From NCBI GenBank assembly GCA_951406725.2, contig OX597825.1:63364001-63428000 (forward strand): a stretch of 64,000 nt of DNA. Reading direction: 5' to 3'. Within the stretch, counting starts at the first letter, position 1. Each line of letters begins with the position of its first letter. The notes under the pieces are model-generated. The model was not told the origin of the DNA. It searched no databases and saw nothing but the letters and a program-made list of their open reading frames with translations. Positions 57,955 through 64,000 of this stretch are shown piece by piece. The translations under genes and the position numbers were made by a program. This DNA comes from Octopus vulgaris. Taxonomy: Eukaryota.

Positions 57955-59761
57955 TCACGCTTCCCGAGAGAATTTCCCACTGTCTTTAATGCAAACATCA
58001 TAAGCTCGTCGTTCAATTTCATTCAATGAATCTCTGAACATCTGATTCTTCATCGATTTGTAAGTGTCTGGTCCAACGAATACGCTTCCATTATCTTTGC
58101 TTCACTTAAGCAAGGAAAGATATTTTTCAGCAACTTGTTTGGGTGCCTCTCAGGGTCCAGTATCTTTACAAAATTTTTGAAGTTTACAATTTTAATATGT
58201 AGCAGTGGTAACACAATTAGCTCTGGTAAACGTAGCGGTGTGTATTGAACGCTTTTATTCTCTAGTCTTTTATTCATGGCGTGTTGGCCAATCCTGCAAA
58301 CCATAGAGCTCACATTTTAGGCCTGGTTATTCCGTAGGCACAAGAATCAACAAACCTTTCTGTAGTGATTTTGCATTGCAGATAAAAACCTATGAACTTT
58401 TAGTCACCTCTATCTTTCAACTTAAGATCCTTATACCTGATTAAGGAATGTAAGATCTTGGTAGTGTCAGTACAGTTCTTTTGTGTTCCTTTAATCACGC
58501 ACTGGAATCCCTTCGTACTCATTCACAATATGCAAAAGGAATGCCTTTAAGCTTTAACACTGCCATCAATGAATGTCCATCCAGTTAATTGTCCATCCAT
58601 CCAGTGAATGTCCATCCATCAATCCAGTAATTTTCTTGCAATAAAACTAAACCCAGTTCATTATGTGTAATAAAAATTGAACAAATGTCTTCTCTCGTTG
58701 CATGTACGTGGTTTTTTTGGATCCTTGAATTAAGACACTAGATTCTCTGAGCATTCTTTCAGGAAGATGAGCATCATACTTAGAAAATCCCAACTTTCAG
58801 ACAAAATTATCCAGTTGTTCTGACTTATTTTACGGCACGAGTGAACATTTTCAAAATCATTGTGAACCATTTGATCTTCACATTCAGTTTTGTCTTCAGA
58901 ATCATCATCTGGCTCATTCAATGATTGATTGCCTGGCACAGAGAGAATTTCATCTTCATAAGTTCATGGTCTTATGGCAGATTAGAATACTTGGTATTCA
59001 TTGCAGATTTTTTCTACCCTCTCAACATTAGTAACACAAAAGTAGCAATCAGTATAGTGGTTGCATTGATCTCGCTATGTCATTGAATTAACAAATGGCA
59101 TTTGCCTCCGCTTACCACAGGACTAAAAGGAAAACCGATCACTGCAAACTTTTCATATAATATGTGGAGCAAAATATTTATCTTCATTTCCAAGTTTCAT
59201 TTGGAAATAATCCTTGTAACTTGCTTTTATGAGCGGCGTGATGTTTTTTCCTACAGTCCTTCACTGCACATGCACCCACAGATGTTGCAAAAGTAACTGG
59301 GGGTCATTGTGACCTGCACACCTTGATGTCGTGCAAATTGAAGGGAACTGAAGTAGAGAAATGAAAAATATAAAAAAAGAAAGAAAACGGCAGTCTACTG
59401 TGAGCAAAGCATTTACCAATTTGATACAACAAACCACATAAGCATCCGAAACACGCATTCAAATCAAGGTGTTAAAGAAATAGACATGACATTATATGCA
59501 TTATACCTACTTTCAGAAATCTCTCATTGAAGGTTAGCACACAAAGAACAATCAAAGGCATTCATAAAGGAGAAACAGAAACACTTGACATACTGCACGC
59601 TACACTACAGTTCTGTAAATTTGGTACACATAGGGTATCTTGTGGATCAAAATCTAGATGTGATGAAGCAAAACTGAGTTCATATTCAGAAAGATCATTC
59701 AAAGTTAACTGAAATCACCCTAATTAGCTCTTGCTAAAGAAAATGATTTCATTCAGTTGTG
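57955..59761 (-). pseudogene. Decayed CMC-superfamily (Chapaev-like) DNA transposon
   Basis: Ordered motifs YFCNICG, YFQMKLGNEDKYFAPH, NHYTDCYFC, WTFIDGS..LKAFLLH, IVLPLLHIK..KNFVK, FPCLSEAKI; 5' end begins CAC. The subfamily name comes from recalled motif similarity. Confidence 0.75.
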
Positions 59762-59778
59762 AAGTGTTATTATTGTTG

Positions 59779-59852
<74 letters not shown>

Positions 59853-60397
59853 GAGTTACAGAGCAGTGCATGCCATCAAAGTGACACTGGGATAAAATAT
59901 ACGAAGCCCAGTATACCCATCATGACTACCCGTCTGATAAGGGTATACTAGGTACAGGCATCACAACCATATGTGCGTGATATGGTGATCTCATATCAAG
60001 ATAAATAGCGCATGACCTTGCAGGTGGGGCCCAGTTAGAATTTTCCTCTGGTAGAGTAACCCATCCCCACCAAAATGTCCCTGAATAAAGGTTGTTTAAA
60101 GTTGTTGAACGAAGCACCCATGTTTCCAGAGGTGAATTATTCAAACCCCAAAGAATCCCTCTCAACACATGGCTATGATGCTCCCCCACTACTTGTGCTC
60201 GTGATCAGAGATGCACAAATCGTCAGCCACTAAGGGACATGCTCAACTGGTTAAGGTCAAACAACTGACAAGCAAATCTGTGGTATTGAGCAGAATATTT
60301 GCCCATCTTTTATACCAAAACAAAAAAAATATGCATCATAAAACTTCCAATCATTTAAGATCAGAAGCCCACGAGAGTCACTGCCTGGTGTTGCATC
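59853..60397 (-). mobile_element. Family D element, second copy
   Basis: Reverse complement of 51003-51559; flanked by (ATT)n. Confidence 0.85.
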
Positions 60398-60424
60398 ATC
60401 ATTATCATCATCATCATCATCATC

Positions 60425-60484
<60 letters not shown>

Positions 60485-61076
60485 TTTTTTTTTTTTTTTT
60501 TGTTAGTTTTCCATTTCAGTATATCAGTTTTAAAAAAAAAAATAAATATATCTTTTTCCAAAGTATTCCTTCGCACAAAATGTTATCTCAAATGACACTT
60601 GGGAAATTCCACTTCCAAAATTCACCACTAAAATGTTGGTAATTATTGAAAATAACCAAGCATGAAATCAATATTATTACGCAGAGTATTTTAGATCTTT
60701 TATAGTTTGAAGTATTTTTAGAAGCAAATGACACTGCCAGAGAGTAGTTGCTGCTTTGATAATATTTAGTTGCAAAACCTTTTACACTAGTTATTATTTT
60801 TTTTCATTCAGAAATCTATCTCTATTACTGCTACCATTGCAGCAATAAATATATGCCATAAAATAAAAATAATATGGCTAACCTTGTTAAAAATACACAT
60901 GTCAGGCGTATAGATACTTATATGATATTATTTAGTATGAAAATTATCACACATTTATTTCCGTCTATAATATGTCACACCGACACTGAAATATATGATA
61001 CCGAATCAAATAATTTCTCCCCTGTTTCTCTGTTTCTAGTTGACAGATTATTTTTTACTAAATTATTTTAATCCTT

Positions 61077-61473
61077 GTGGAGGCGCAATGCGCAATGGCC
61101 CAGTGGTTAGGGCAGCGGACTCGCAGTCGTAGGATCGCGGTTTCGATTCCCAGACCGGGCGTTGTGAGTGTTTATTGAACGAAAACACCTAGACGCTCCA
61201 CGAGGCTCCGGCAGGGGATGGTGGTGATCCCTGCTGTACTCTTTCACCACAACTTTCTCTCACTCTTACTTCCTGTTTCTGTTGTACCTGTATTTCAAGG
61301 GGCCGGCCTTGTCACTCTCTGTGTCACGCTGAATATCCCCGAGAACTACGTTAAGGGTACACGTGTCTGTGGAGTGCTCAGCCACTTACACGTTAATTTC
61401 ATGAGCAGGCTGTTCCATTGATTCGGATCAACCGGAACCCTCATCGTCGGAACCGACGGAGTGCTTCCATCCA
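61077..61473 (+). mobile_element. SINE family C, tail type 1
   Basis: Full unit; TSD attttaatcctt at 61065-61076 and 61473-61484. Confidence 0.93.
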
Positions 61474-61544
61474 TTTTAATCCTTATTGAACCAAATATTT
61501 AATTTCTATCAAATTACATTGCATATTTGCTTAAATCATTGCAA

Positions 61545-61690
61545 GTGTGGCTCTTCTGTGAGAAGTTTGTTTCCCAACCACATGGTTTCAGTTTCAATTT
61601 TAGAGCGTGGTACCTTGGACAAGTGTCAGTTACTATAACTCCAAACAGACGAAACACTTGTGAATGGATTTGCATAGACGTCCGTCAAAT
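61545..61690 (+). mobile_element. Degenerate SINE B 5' half
   Basis: gtgtggct...caaccacatggttt...gtggtaccttggacaagtgtc...ttgtgaatggattt. Confidence 0.65.
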
Positions 61691-61754
61691 ATGTCTAGTG
61701 TGAGTTTTGGTGTCTCTTTTTTGCTTTAAAGGTTTATAATATAGTATTATTCCT

Positions 61755-62150
61755 TCAACCCCTCCCCAAAGCGGTAGGGTTGTGTAAACGGTCAGTGTCA
61801 GAGCTATGCCATGGGGAACTTCGGTTCCTGGTAGGGCCACCCAAGGCGGATTGGTCTGGCACCGAGCAGTATTAGGGCCGCGCAGCCTGGCCAACGGGGC
61901 TCTGGTGAAAATTCCAAGAGGCATCTGATCGGCAACCGGCGGCTTCGAGGTCGTTCTGTCCCTGGGTCTGTGGAGACACCGCGGCAAACAGGGCGTCCCG
62001 TTACTCGGGATAGACATGCGGGATGTCGGGGATCTGTTGTGAATTCAATATTCTCCCGAAAATTCTATGAATTCGTGATGCCGTCAGGATCAGACAAGAA
62101 GCCGGCTCAACCCACCCTGGGTGAACGCCGGCACATGTACAAGTACAAGT
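61755..62150 (+). mobile_element. GC-rich RTE-like 5' UTR fragment
   Basis: gagctatgcc...cctggtagggccacccaaggcgga..ggtc resembles, from recall, the conserved 5' UTR of RTE elements; ends in a short tacaag repeat. Confidence 0.55.
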
Positions 62151-62671
62151 AAGTATTATTCGTTGACAAAAATGGTATTGACAGTGAGTACGAAGTTTTG
62201 GCCAGCTAAGCCGCCATTAGCTTGTGGTACATGTGAGTCCCATCTTGTCTCCGACAAGCTAAAATTTTCTTTAATATACTGAGATCTGTTGAATGATAAT
62301 TAGATTGTATGATAGATTGTGATGGAGTGGTGCAGTGGAGAGATTTTATTGATTAAATTTGGGCTTCAGTTATTGTTCAGAATTTATTCGTGCATGTATA
62401 ACTTTCTAATTAGGTGTGTCTAATTAGGTGTGTCATTTTCAGCTCATAGGGGTTTACAGAAGAATGTAAGTAGGTAGTAGGTTTTAGTTGGTCGGCAGGC
62501 CGGTGTTATTTAAGTTGTGCACTTGTCTGTATTAGAAGGTTGGTAGTTACCAATTATATATGTGTATGTGTGTGTGCGTTTCTGTGTGTGTGTGGTGTGT
62601 GCGTGCGCGAGTCACTATATACATATATCAACGTGTATCACTCTCTCTCTCTCTCTGTATATGTATATATG

Positions 62672-62712
<41 letters not shown>

Positions 62713-62846
62713 ATACATATTAAGATCAAAATCAGATAATTTATTTTCGAACGCATAGATGTCATTAGAACAGCAGAAACATTGGGTAAATTACCCTTAC
62801 AAAACGGAAAAATTTGTCAACATACAGCTATGGGCACGATAACCAG

Positions 62847-62990
62847 GGTTCAAATTCCGCCGAGGTCGACTTTGCCTTTCATCCTTTACGGGGTCGATTA
62901 AATAAGTACCAGTTACACTTGAGGATCGATGCAATCGACTTAATCCCTTCACTCAAATGTGAGGCCTTGCGCCTATAGTAGAGAATATTA
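62847..62990 (+). mobile_element. 5'-truncated SINE A, alternative tail
   Basis: ggttcaaattccgccgaggtcgactttgcctttcatcc...gaggccttgcgcctatagtagag. Confidence 0.85.
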
Positions 62991-63575
62991 TTTAATTATC
63001 CAACTGGTGATCAGAGAATCACATCTAGATGGATATATCTAATGATTAACGACTAGAGGCTGCCTTTGCCATTTATCTAACATCACTTACACTTAATCAC
63101 ATCGGAAGACTACCAGTAGGCATAACTCTGAAGCTTCTGTACAAGCAAGTATGTACTATAAGCTTGTTCAGGCAACTGGTTTAACAAGAGTCGCTTCCAT
63201 GCATGTGTTTCGTTATTTTACACTAACCTTAACGATATTTTACTCTTCAGGATATAATTTAGAAATATTTTAGATTTTTCAGGTTGACTTAAACAGAATT
63301 ATTGTAAACTTATATTGATGGTGACTCCATTAAGTCATTGTCTATGGCAGAGAGAGCTGTTGGGGTCAGAGTGAATATGTGGTTAAAAGCACATGCTCAT
63401 CGTTGCGGTTTGAATTTTCTAAATATTAAGTAAATCTGCTATTACCTTTCTTTCCCCACTATTGAACAGAGATATATAATACACACAGACATGCAAGCAA
63501 ACACGCTTACACAATCGGTCGTTCACAAATATACGCATATGGTATAATTTATCTATTTTATCAACATCAACAGCA

Positions 63576-63848
63576 TTCGATTCCCAGACCGGGCGTTGTG
63601 TGTGTTTATTGAGCGAAAACACCTAAAGCTCCACGAAGCTCTTTCGCTCCAACTTTCTCTCGCTCTTTCTTTCTATTTCTTGTCCCCGACTTCCTACGCA
63701 ACCGCTGAGCCTGGATGCGCATTCATCCATCCCTCGATGCTCCTGGTGTCGGGGGTTGACTTGCTTTCTCTTCTGCGGGTCTTACGAATAGCAAAGGACC
63801 ACGTTTCGGACCTCTCCCACGAAGACCTCTTCGCTCAACAAACAAACA
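63576..63848 (+). mobile_element. 5'-truncated SINE C, tail type 4
   Basis: Begins at the B box ttcgattcccagaccgggcg; distinct tail ending in (caaa)n; TSD aacatcaacagca at 63563-63575 and 63849-63861. Confidence 0.85.
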
Positions 63849-64000
63849 AACATCAACAGCAACTCGACCAACGACACAAACACAGAATTCTGATAAATTC
63901 ATCTTGAATTGTCGTAGAAATATTTTACGAAACAATTCAAATGCTGGAAGAACTTATTTTAAAATAAAATTCTCCCACAATGTGGCTTTACAAGTAAAAG

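Noticed and set aside
57750-57960. Lys/Arg-rich ORF 57799-58029 at the break of the Chapaev-like remnant
   Set aside because: Short and compositionally biased; possibly the end of another repeat, but unassignable.

Overview
AT-rich, repeat-saturated eukaryotic DNA (intronic or intergenic). The SINE families look like those of Octopus; this is an inference from recall, not from a search. I can support no intact protein-coding gene. Nearly all supplied ORFs are translations of (TA)n/(CA)n/(AAT)n microsatellites or chance frames in SINEs. The window holds: three abundant tRNA-derived SINE families, called A, B and C here, many with visible target-site duplications (TSDs); a non-autonomous Helitron; decayed mariner and CMC/Chapaev-like transposases; mariner-type MITEs; RTE/LINE fragments; a gag-like ORF1 remnant; and an (AAT)n-embedded element in two copies. 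The most notable signals are: (i) two unrelated long palindromes (7577-8028, 52693-53175), each arm carrying a hammerhead-ribozyme core of the Penelope-associated type; (ii) SINE A trimers bracketed by one TSD pair; (iii) one SINE C head joined to four different tails, one of which matches an RTE LINE 3' end present in the window; (iv) a 23-bp minisatellite made from a SINE A-box; (v) a compact structured RNA candidate in an RTE-like 5' UTR. All coordinates and identities were read by eye.
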